A stretch of 32,000 nt of DNA from Ferroglobus placidus DSM 10642. GTDB taxonomy: Archaea > Halobacteriota > Archaeoglobi > Archaeoglobales > Archaeoglobaceae. The translations under genes were made by a program, and so were the position numbers. The notes beneath the pieces are model-generated. The model worked only from the letters and a program-made list of their open reading frames with translations, made no database searches and was not told the DNA's origin. Of this stretch, positions 1 to 7,797 are shown piece after piece; the stretch's first letter is position 1, and each line of letters begins with the position of its first letter. The stretch is from NCBI RefSeq assembly GCF_000025505.1, contig NC_013849.1, positions 1,080,001 to 1,112,000 on the forward strand, read 5' to 3'.

Positions 1-199
1 TTGTAACTCCCCGGATCAATTATTATCGTGGAATCTCCTTTGATAATGTAGGCATTGGAGCAGTCGCTGAAAGCAGAACCCCACACGTAAGCGTAAACAC
101 CTTTGAATATCTCCATCGTAAGAAGCAGAGTTGAAGAGAATAAAACGTTTACCCCAAAAAAGAAAGTTATTTTTACCTAACGTAAGTAAGAGTACTTGA

Positions 200-586
200 A
201 TGTACGAGACTCTAAACGTTTCGATATTCAAAGTCCTGAGCGATCCAACGAGGGTCAGAATTCTACTCGCTTTAATGGAGAGAAGCATGTCCGTACTTGA
301 ATTGGCAGATCTACTGAATTTAGATCAGCCCCTCGTTTCTTACCATCTCAAGCACCTGAAAAAGTACGGAATCGTAGACGTTAAAAGAGTGGATAAGTAC
401 CACATATACTCCGTAAATTCCGAGAAGAAGAGAGTAATAAACCTGCTGCTAAAAACCTGCAAAGAGGGAGATGTTGTCGAGGACATACTTTCCGAACTTA
501 GAAATGAGCTGTCAAAATACGTGGGAGACAGGATGGCAAACACGCTTATTGAAAACTTCAAAAAGAGACTGCAGGAAAAACTATGA
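200..586 (+). CDS. ArsR-family winged helix-turn-helix transcriptional regulator
   Basis: 128 aa ORF; 'LSDPTRVRILLALMERSMSVLELADLLNLDQPLVSYHLKHLKKYGIV' is a classic ArsR wHTH signature. Confidence 0.88.
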   Translation: MYETLNVSIFKVLSDPTRVRILLALMERSMSVLELADLLNLDQPLVSYHLKHLKKYGIVDVKRVDKYHIYSVNSEKKRVINLLLKTCKEGDVVEDILSELRNELSKYVGDRMANTLIENFKKRLQEKL

Positions 587-1419
587 AATTAATACTGCTT
601 TTTGGTGCACTTATTTTTCTTTTAGCGTCTTTTTTGTTAACGAATTCGGACATTTATTTTGAGGGAGGTACGATCAAAAATCAAATCGGTGAACATTACG
701 GATTAAACGAGATATACGTTCACTACTACTCAGGTTTTTTTAACTTCCTAATTTGTACAACCTCAGCGCTCATAATCGTTATTGCCGAAAGGAGAGCAGA
801 AATAGGAGGTTGGAATTACGTCGCTTCTGGAATATTTTTTAATGGTCTCGTCGGATTTGGCGAGGTTGCAGAGCACTTCTTTAAACCCTTTTTGCACGAC
901 TTCTTCCACTACTTCCACATTTATTCCGGATTTTTTAGCCTACTTCTTCTATACTTGGGAGTAAAACTAATTCTCTCCTCGATAGTTGGAAACAACATTT
1001 CCGAAAGAAAATCGATTATCGCCGCAAGCCTAATACTCCTACTCTTTTTATCTCTCCTAACCTCAGTAAAAACAACCGAAAAGTGGGATCCTCGATTTGA
1101 AATTCCTGTGATGTCAATTCTTTTGATTCCCACAATTCTCCTGACGATCCTTTTAGTTTACGACGCCTACAAAATTTTTCAGGAATCCGGCTTTGTAATG
1201 GTAACTCTAACGTCTTTTGCAGTGTTCGCCATGCTTTTACAGCTCGTAATAATTCTCGGGAGAATTTCGGATATAATGGGAAACGCTTACTTTTACACGA
1301 TAACGCACTCGATACAAGATCTCCTCCACGTAGCCTCTGCAACAAATGCCCTCATATTTGCCGTAACTTTAAACATGACATTTAAAAAGATAAAAAGCGT
1401 CGAAGAGATTATACTTTAA
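583..1419 (+). CDS. Polytopic membrane protein of unknown function, His-rich, translationally coupled to the ArsR gene
   Basis: 278 aa; several hydrophobic segments; ATGA overlap with upstream stop; 'EVAEHFFKPFLHDFFHYFHIY' and 'THSIQDLLHVASA' histidine clusters. Confidence 0.75.
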   Translation: MKLILLFGALIFLLASFLLTNSDIYFEGGTIKNQIGEHYGLNEIYVHYYSGFFNFLICTTSALIIVIAERRAEIGGWNYVASGIFFNGLVGFGEVAEHFFKPFLHDFFHYFHIYSGFFSLLLLYLGVKLILSSIVGNNISERKSIIAASLILLLFLSLLTSVKTTEKWDPRFEIPVMSILLIPTILLTILLVYDAYKIFQESGFVMVTLTSFAVFAMLLQLVIILGRISDIMGNAYFYTITHSIQDLLHVASATNALIFAVTLNMTFKKIKSVEEIIL

Positions 1420-2077
1420 CTTCTTCGAGTAGCTTTTCCAAATTTTCTGCGTCCAACTCCACAAATCTCTTCGTCAGCCTTGCAACTCCGACATAGAAAG
1501 GCTCTTTCGATTCAGCTTCAACAACTTGACAGAATTTTGGTACCCACTGCAATATGTGTTCTCGCAAAAATCTCATCTCCAGTTCCAAAAATTCTCTCGC
1601 TTTTTCAGAATCTTTTCCCCACGCTTCCATTTCCTTGTAGCAAAGGAGTGACATGAACTTCAACTCCACTCCTATGTAATCCTGCGGACCCTCCTCTTCC
1701 TCAATTATTCCAAATCCGGCTTCGCTGTAAAATTTCATAACCGCCAACGTCGTCTCTCCCATAACCCTTTCTTCTCCTCTGTAAACGGATTCGTAAGGCG
1801 GAGGGGGACTGTAACCTTTTTTAATACCCCTGAAGAGCCTCGTAAATTCTACTGCCAGCCTTTCAGATAGATCATCGAGGTCGTCATCAAGGCTACTCTT
1901 AATTAACTCGATCGCATCGGAAAACTCTTCTACATTCTCAGGAAGCTTTTGCTTTAATTCTTTAAGAAACTTCTTATCAGGTTTTTTCAAGTAAAAATCG
2001 CTCAGCAACCAGTAAACCTTACTCCTCATTTCCGCAAGGCTCTTAAGAAAATTCGAGTCCATAAGGTACCGCCCCAA
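1409..2077 (-). CDS. TorD/DmsD/NarJ-family molybdoenzyme maturation chaperone (start may be the internal ATG at 2062)
   Basis: 222 aa; 'FTRLFRGIKKGYSPPPPYESVYRGE', 'GPQDYIGVELKFMSLLCYKE' and 'FLREHILQWVPKFC' match the TorD-like pattern; last gene of the molybdoenzyme operon. Confidence 0.85.
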   Translation of the reverse strand: MGRYLMDSNFLKSLAEMRSKVYWLLSDFYLKKPDKKFLKELKQKLPENVEEFSDAIELIKSSLDDDLDDLSERLAVEFTRLFRGIKKGYSPPPPYESVYRGEERVMGETTLAVMKFYSEAGFGIIEEEEGPQDYIGVELKFMSLLCYKEMEAWGKDSEKAREFLELEMRFLREHILQWVPKFCQVVEAESKEPFYVGVARLTKRFVELDAENLEKLLEEVKV

Positions 2078-2090
2078 AAATAAAAAAGAG

Positions 2091-2522
2091 TTATTCTGAA
2101 GCTTGCCCGTACCAAGGCGTCGCTATTCCTCCTTCTTTGTGGCAGCCAAGGCAAACTCCTCTGTCAACGACTCCTGGCGCCCCTTCTGGTTTCTTGTACT
2201 TCCTCTCGTAGAGGACGTCTTTGGCGTAATCCGGAATGTGGCAAGCCGTGCAATCTAAGCCAAGAACTTTAGCGTGTATTTTGTGGAATCTCCCCTCCAA
2301 AGTCATGTCGTAGTTGTTGCCAACGTCGATCTCTCCGCTTCTTATTTTTTCAGCTATCTCCTTCAAGCTTGCATATCTTGTCATTTGTTCCGTAGGTGTT
2401 GCTTCGGATGTCGGCGTTTTTTCTGGAGTGGGCGTTTGCTTGACCTCTTTCCCAGTTTGAGCGCATCCGGCAATTACCAATGCGATTGCTAAAAGCATTA
2501 ACGCCAGCAGCTTCATTCTCAT
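2091..2522 (-). CDS. Diheme c-type cytochrome, predicted lipoprotein
   Basis: Signal peptide with lipobox-like 'LVIAGC', Pro/Thr-rich linker, two CxxCH motifs (CTACH, CLGCH). Confidence 0.82.
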   Translation of the reverse strand: MRMKLLALMLLAIALVIAGCAQTGKEVKQTPTPEKTPTSEATPTEQMTRYASLKEIAEKIRSGEIDVGNNYDMTLEGRFHKIHAKVLGLDCTACHIPDYAKDVLYERKYKKPEGAPGVVDRGVCLGCHKEGGIATPWYGQASE

Positions 2523-3208
2523 CAGTAATCACCTCCCTCCAAGACGTAGTAGACTTGAGGTCTCGTTCCGTACTCTTTCTTGAGTTGCGTCGCTTTCTTC
2601 TTCGCTATTATCTTCGAAACCTCGCTGTTCGGATCGTTTATATCTCCAAAGTGCCTCGCTCTAACTGGGCAGACAACGTCGCATGCTGGAGTGTACTCGG
2701 GATCTTTGCCGATTAAGTGAGTTTTTCCCTCTTCAATGGCTTTTTCTATACGGTGCCAGCAGAACGTGCATTTTTCCACTGTATTTTCCTTCTTCCTGTG
2801 AGTCCAGTGCCTGTTCTCGTAGGGAATGTTCTCGTAAGGTGTTTTACCTCTGCCGGGGAAGAGATTCTTAATTTCCTTTATGTACTGGGGAGCTCCGTAA
2901 GGACAGACAGCTATGCAATACTTGCAGCCTATGCACTTTTCGTAGTCGATTAAAACTACACCGTATTCATTTTTCGTTATCGCTCCTACTCCAATAGCAT
3001 CGCAGGCTCTCTTACATGGCGGATCTTCGCAGTGCATGCAGTTCATCGGAACGAATACTCTCCTGACGTTGGGGAACTTACCGACTTCATATTCTATGAC
3101 GAAGTTCCAAGGGTTTCCGGGAACGTAGAAGTTTTCGTTCATGCAAGCTGCGACACAAGCTCTGCAACCAATACACTTTGTCGTGTCGATAACTCTCACG
3201 AGCTTCAT
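2522..3208 (-). CDS. 4Fe-4S ferredoxin-type electron-transfer subunit (DmsB/PsrB/NrfC-like)
   Basis: 228 aa; motifs CIGCRACVAAC, CMHCEDPPCKRAC, CIGCKYCIAVCP and CTFCWHR...CDVVCP, i.e. four [4Fe-4S] sites; no signal peptide. Confidence 0.93.
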   Translation of the reverse strand: MKLVRVIDTTKCIGCRACVAACMNENFYVPGNPWNFVIEYEVGKFPNVRRVFVPMNCMHCEDPPCKRACDAIGVGAITKNEYGVVLIDYEKCIGCKYCIAVCPYGAPQYIKEIKNLFPGRGKTPYENIPYENRHWTHRKKENTVEKCTFCWHRIEKAIEEGKTHLIGKDPEYTPACDVVCPVRARHFGDINDPNSEVSKIIAKKKATQLKKEYGTRPQVYYVLEGGDY

Positions 3209-3217
3209 ACTACCACC

Positions 3218-5698
3218 TCACGCCTTGTAAATCCTAACCTTGGTGTCGTTGAAGCTGTTCATCCCCGAAACCATGTCAGGATGGTATTCCAGTATCTTGT
3301 TCACCCAGCTTCCCTTCCTTGCCCATTCCGGATATCCCGGACTCCAGTGACCGTAGTGGTAGGAGATAGCTACAGTGTCGGGACGAATCGCTTCGGTTAC
3401 TCTCGCTATCGCCACGAGTTTCCCGACTCTCGATTCAACCACAACTTTGTCCCCGTCGTCAATTTTCAGCTTTCTTGCAGTTTCTGGGTGAATCCAGACG
3501 TCGTTGTAATCGGAGTCGTGAGATACCTGATTCAAAATCGGATTTACGTTGCAGTAGCCGCTCTGATTTCTGTACATTCTCTTGAACGTTATCAGGTAGA
3601 GCGGGTAGTCTTTCGCTTTCTTATGCGGAGTTGGATAAGCGTGCTCTTTCCTTGGAATAGGTGAAAGCCTTATCTTCACTTCCTCCTCGACATTTTCCGT
3701 TTCGTACCACTCCTCGAAAACCTTCCTTATGTTCTCGTGTTTGTTCATCAACTCGATTACTTTTTCAGCGGAGTGAATCAGCTCCTCGCAGTATAAGTGC
3801 ATCTTCGGTTTGTTAGGACCTTTGAACTTCTCCTCAGCTCCGTGCAAGTACCTCTCTTCCACGCTAACGAACTTTCCGTAGAACCCGTCTCTCATTCCTT
3901 GCTCTATCGGCTGTCCGGTTTTGTTCCTCCAGAGGATGTCGAAAGCGGCTTTTGCGTCATAGTCTTTACCCTTTTCGAACTTCGGATTCTTGAACTTGAA
4001 CTTCTCGTTGATCTTTTCCAAGAACTCGTCGTAGAAGCCAGCTCTTTTCGCAAGTTCAAACATTATCTCAAGGTTCTGGTAGGGTATGTTGAACACGTTG
4101 ACTATCGGATAGTGTAAAGTGTGGTGTCTTGCATGCGGCGTCCATCTTCCGCCGTAGTAGCCGAAAGCTTCGAGGTAGGTTTTGTCTGGAAAGACTACGT
4201 CAGCGTACCAAGCAGTTTCTGTCATCGTTATATCAATCACGACGTTGAAAGTTTTTGCAAGAGCTTCGAACTGCTTTTCCGCATTTGATGTCGAGAAAGG
4301 TCTGTTGGTTGCGAAGAATATCTGCATTTCCGGCTTGTAATCGAAACCGTACTTTTCCGGATCGAGCATGCTGAACATGGCTTGCTGCGCAACATCATGA
4401 GTTGCGTGTGGCAAGAAGACGCTCTTCTTTAAGTCTATCCTGCTCGGCGGGTATTCGCATTTCGAAGGCTTCATGTACTTTTCGCTTCCCGGCTTGTGAA
4501 GCAGGAAGCCACCAACTGCATCTATAGCTCCCACGAGTTGCATTACAATTAAGGCTGCTCTCCAGTTCTGAGTACCATGCTCTTTTGCAGAAAGTCCTCT
4601 GAATGTATAGATTGCCACAGGTCTATATCTCAACTCTTTTCCGTCTATGACAATTGTAGAGCCAATTCTTGCGTTTTCTCCAAACTCTTTAGCAATTCTC
4701 CTTATCTGCTCAGCAGGAACTCCGCACTCTTCAGCGACGCTTTCTGGTGTTATGTCTTTAACGTAGTCCGCAAATACCTGAAATGCCGTTCTGTACTTCT
4801 TTCCATCTATCTCGTATTCTCCTTCGAGAGCCGGGACAACTCCCTCAACGTAGGGCTTTGCTGAGTTGGTTACCGTGTCCCAAACGAGAGGATTGCCGTT
4901 TTCGTCCCTCAAGAACTTGCCGTCTTCACCTACAAGAAATGGAGCGTTCGTGTAGTTTACCAGGAAATCTCTGTCGACGTACCCCTCGCTTATCAGCACG
5001 TTAGCCATCGCAAGCAGAAAGAGAACGTCTTTTCCGGGTCTGATTGGAACCCACTCGTCAGCTTTAGCTGCCAGATTGCTGAGCCTCGGCTCAACAACCA
5101 CGAGCTTCATTCCCCTCTCCTTCGCTTCAATGGTCGCATGGTCAAGCCATCTCGCCCATTGATCAGCTTCGAAGTAGTTTCCACCCATGTTTATCAGGTA
5201 GTTGCAGTATTCCAAGTCTGGCAATGCCCCGTGACCTCCCCATGTTATCTCATCAGCAACGTGCCTTGAAGCCTCACATGTTGTGGTTCTGTGAATCATG
5301 TTCGGCGTGCCGAAAGCTGCAGTAAATGCTTTCATCCACTCGTCGTCAAGCAGATACTTTCCGTGTCCGTGGTGCCATACGAGCTTCCTCGGGTCGCTTT
5401 CCCTTATCTGCTTGAGCTTTTCAGCTACTATGTTAAAAGCCTCTTCCCAGCTTATCTCCACCCAGCCCGGATCCTCGTTCGGTCCTTTCTTAGGATTCGT
5501 TCTCTTCAGAGGTCTCTTAAGCCTGTAAGGGTTGTAGGTGTTCCACATTCCAGATACTCCCTTCGGACAGTTGCCCCAGTTGAAGTATGGTGCTCTCTTC
5601 TCATCCGGATATATCGCCCTAATAACTCCGTTCTGCACCTTCACTTTAATTCCGCAGAAGTTCACGCACATCTTGCAGGTCGATTTGTAGTACTTCAC
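3218..5698 (-). CDS. Molybdopterin-dependent oxidoreductase, DMSO-reductase superfamily catalytic subunit (PsrA/PhsA/ArrA-like, substrate unknown)
   Basis: 826 aa from GTG at 5698; N-terminal 'CKMCVNFCGIKVKVQNGVIRAI...GNCPKG' [4Fe-4S] motif, 'FGTPNMIHRTTTCEASRHVA' with probable Cys Mo ligand, C-terminal 'HPETARKLKIDDGDKVVVES' molybdopterin dinucleotide-binding domain. Confidence 0.93.
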   Translation of the reverse strand: MKYYKSTCKMCVNFCGIKVKVQNGVIRAIYPDEKRAPYFNWGNCPKGVSGMWNTYNPYRLKRPLKRTNPKKGPNEDPGWVEISWEEAFNIVAEKLKQIRESDPRKLVWHHGHGKYLLDDEWMKAFTAAFGTPNMIHRTTTCEASRHVADEITWGGHGALPDLEYCNYLINMGGNYFEADQWARWLDHATIEAKERGMKLVVVEPRLSNLAAKADEWVPIRPGKDVLFLLAMANVLISEGYVDRDFLVNYTNAPFLVGEDGKFLRDENGNPLVWDTVTNSAKPYVEGVVPALEGEYEIDGKKYRTAFQVFADYVKDITPESVAEECGVPAEQIRRIAKEFGENARIGSTIVIDGKELRYRPVAIYTFRGLSAKEHGTQNWRAALIVMQLVGAIDAVGGFLLHKPGSEKYMKPSKCEYPPSRIDLKKSVFLPHATHDVAQQAMFSMLDPEKYGFDYKPEMQIFFATNRPFSTSNAEKQFEALAKTFNVVIDITMTETAWYADVVFPDKTYLEAFGYYGGRWTPHARHHTLHYPIVNVFNIPYQNLEIMFELAKRAGFYDEFLEKINEKFKFKNPKFEKGKDYDAKAAFDILWRNKTGQPIEQGMRDGFYGKFVSVEERYLHGAEEKFKGPNKPKMHLYCEELIHSAEKVIELMNKHENIRKVFEEWYETENVEEEVKIRLSPIPRKEHAYPTPHKKAKDYPLYLITFKRMYRNQSGYCNVNPILNQVSHDSDYNDVWIHPETARKLKIDDGDKVVVESRVGKLVAIARVTEAIRPDTVAISYHYGHWSPGYPEWARKGSWVNKILEYHPDMVSGMNSFNDTKVRIYKA

Positions 5699-5820
5699 TT
5701 CTCCCTCGTTGAAAGGCTTGGAGCTCTCGACAGCTTTTGCGATCTTCGAGATGTCGGTGAAAACGCCAAAGCGGATAGCGCTCCTATTCCCCTTAAAAAT
5801 TCTCTTCTCGTTACTCCCAC
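5695..5820 (-). other. Out-of-frame Tat signal peptide belonging to the molybdoenzyme gene (frameshifted 5' end)
   Basis: GTG at 5820 preceded by 'GGAGGGG ttaat'; translation MGVTRREFLRGIGALSALAFSPTS... carries a twin-arginine RREFLR motif plus h-region, but the frame ends with TGA at 5697-5695, while the adjacent frame (...FTDISKIAKAVESSKPFNEGEVKYYKSTCKMC) reads straight into the enzyme. Confidence 0.82.
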
Positions 5821-6097
5821 ATTAACCCCTCCGAAGTCGTATCAATGAACTTTTATACGAGAAACCAGTTATAAAGTTTACGAAAATTAAAAGCGTTCTT
5901 ACTCTTCTAATTTACTGCATTCATCTTCCCTTTTGAAATTATTAATTCTGATATTTCGAGACAAAACTTCCGAAAATCTCCAGTCTACTTCTTCCTGTTG
6001 GCTCAGCTTCTGCACATTTAAGGAAAAATTTCAAAGCTACATGATAGTTTTTTAATCAACCGCAAGAGTTAAGTGTTTTATTTGAGCTAAGTAAGCT

Positions 6098-7258
6098 GTG
6101 AAGTACGCAGCTTCAAAAGCCGTTAGCGCTGCAGTATTTCTTCTTTTAGTCGGAGTTGTATTGATAATTCCCGAGTTCGTCTTAGCCGCATTAGTTCCAC
6201 TCACCCCCCTCTTAGTTCCGCCGGTTGCCAGAATAAAAGTGGATAAAGTTGAGTTCGAAAAACCGGAGTACATTGGAGAAGAGTTTAGAGTGTCAATTCC
6301 TCTAAAATTTTACGGAATCGGAATTGCAAAGATCTACCACGAGATTGAGGAAGGAATAGAAATAATTGATGGTAAAAATTATTCCACAGCCTTCATCTTC
6401 GGATTTGGAAAAAGCACTATCAGGTACAGAGGGAGAGTTAGAAGGATCGGAAAGCACGACTTATCGAAGCTGAAGGTTGTGGTAGAAAATCTTTCCCTCT
6501 CTTCTGAGAGAATGTACGAAATCGATCTCGATCTTGAGATCGAAGCGAAGAGCAGAATTTTCGGTAGGAGGTTGAAAGAACTTAGAGCTAAGGCGAAGAG
6601 CGTAATGGTGGACATCGACAGAGCGAAGATAGGCGTTCCGGGAACGGATTTTAAAGAGATTAGAGAGTACAACTTCTCCGACCCTCTAAAATTCATAAAC
6701 TGGAAAGCTTCAGCAAGACTCGGAAAGCTCATGGTTAACGAGTTCGAAAAGGAGGGGAAGAAAGCGGTGTGGATAGTGCTTGACGCAAACGACTACATGG
6801 AAGGATTCTTCGACAAAGCTTTGGAAGTGTGCTCCTTCCTCGTAAGTTACTACGCAACGAGGGGAAACAAAGTCGGACTTTACGCCCTCGGAAAAGGCAA
6901 CTTAATTTATCCGGACTTCGGGAAAAAGCAGGTGAAGAAGATATTCGATTACATAACAAGCTTGGAAGCCGATGGAAGCGAAAGTTTGGAGGAATCTTAC
7001 GAAAAGATGAAAAAAATGCTTTACATCTACGAACCTCTGATATACATAATTACGAGAGCGGAAAAGGCGAATTTGAAAAAATTCATCCGAAAGGTTTCGA
7101 AGTTTAAAGTCGTGGTGATTTCGATAAAGAGAGATGGCGAAAGCTTAGGAGAGCTCGCTCTAATGCTCGCAAGAAGAAGGGCTCTTAAAGGCATAGAACA
7201 CAGGCTTGAGATTGACGTCGAAGATAGGGTCGAAAAGCTCGCAAAGGTGGTAGCGTGA
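6098..7258 (+). CDS. DUF58-domain membrane protein
   Basis: 386 aa, GTG start; two N-terminal TM segments and 'DFKEIREYNFSDPLKFINWKASARLGKLMVNEFEKEGKKAVWIVLD', typical of the DUF58 core; overlaps next gene. Confidence 0.88.
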   Translation: MKYAASKAVSAAVFLLLVGVVLIIPEFVLAALVPLTPLLVPPVARIKVDKVEFEKPEYIGEEFRVSIPLKFYGIGIAKIYHEIEEGIEIIDGKNYSTAFIFGFGKSTIRYRGRVRRIGKHDLSKLKVVVENLSLSSERMYEIDLDLEIEAKSRIFGRRLKELRAKAKSVMVDIDRAKIGVPGTDFKEIREYNFSDPLKFINWKASARLGKLMVNEFEKEGKKAVWIVLDANDYMEGFFDKALEVCSFLVSYYATRGNKVGLYALGKGNLIYPDFGKKQVKKIFDYITSLEADGSESLEESYEKMKKMLYIYEPLIYIITRAEKANLKKFIRKVSKFKVVVISIKRDGESLGELALMLARRRALKGIEHRLEIDVEDRVEKLAKVVA

Positions 7259-7797
7259 TAAACCTGCTGTTTGCCGAACTATCTGTCGTAGTCACTTATT
7301 TCTCCCTAAAGCAGTCGGAGATTTCCATGATAGTCGATCCCGATTACTTCCTTCTCCTCCTTTTAATTCCCCTGCTACTGTTCTCAGCTAAGAGAAACCC
7401 CTACCCCTTCGGATTTTTCGTTCTCCTTTCCATTCTTACAGTATTTCACTACCTCCCGAACTCGGAGCTTTTCCATTCTTCTCTCGACCTCGCATACTTC
7501 TTAACCGGAAGTGAGAACGCGAAAATTTTGGAAAAGATCGTATCGTCAAGAGGTGTCGATCCTATCTACTTAATGCTGATCTCAGCTTTCTACGTCTCCT
7601 CAGAAGTTTACGAGTCCGCTTCGAGGAAAAAGAAGACTTACGAAAACTTTCCGGAGTTGCAGGCTTCGCTGCTTTCACTCTTCCTCTCGCTGCTTCCAGT
7701 TTTATTCTACAAGCTCATTCCAACCTATCCCGAGGCTTTTTACGTAGGAATAGCTGGGGTCATCTTAATTCTTATTTACTCGGTGGTGAGAAGATGA
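7255..7797 (+). CDS. Small integral membrane protein in the DUF58/transglutaminase operon
   Basis: 180 aa, multiple TM segments; overlaps both neighbours by 4 nt. Confidence 0.72.
   Translation: MINLLFAELSVVVTYFSLKQSEISMIVDPDYFLLLLLIPLLLFSAKRNPYPFGFFVLLSILTVFHYLPNSELFHSSLDLAYFLTGSENAKILEKIVSSRGVDPIYLMLISAFYVSSEVYESASRKKKTYENFPELQASLLSLFLSLLPVLFYKLIPTYPEAFYVGIAGVILILIYSVVRR

Noticed and set aside
16-288. 90-aa minus-strand ORF at left edge
   Set aside because: Overlaps the start and promoter region of the ArsR gene, no family features.
3032-3664. 210-aa plus-strand ORF
   Set aside because: Lies opposite two confidently identified genes (ferredoxin subunit and catalytic subunit); no recognisable domain.
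3218-5698. Selenocysteine in the molybdoenzyme
   Set aside because: The frame has no internal UGA and the expected Mo ligand position carries a Cys (TTTCEASRH).
5755-5770. Programmed -1 ribosomal frameshift at the TTTT run between Tat signal and enzyme
   Set aside because: The local codons (GCG TTT TCA) do not make a canonical X XXY YYZ slippery heptamer, and re-pairing of the UUU codon to GUU would mismatch. A sequence error or real mutation is simpler; kept only as a remote alternative.
5291-5848. 185-aa plus-strand ORF
   Set aside because: Antisense to the molybdoenzyme gene and its Tat leader; no family signature; composition consistent with an antisense shadow ORF.
5849-6097. Possible non-coding RNA in the divergent intergenic region
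   Set aside because: Scanned for C/D box (RUGAUGA...CUGA) and obvious stable hairpins on both strands; nothing convincing, and the region is adequately explained as divergent promoters.
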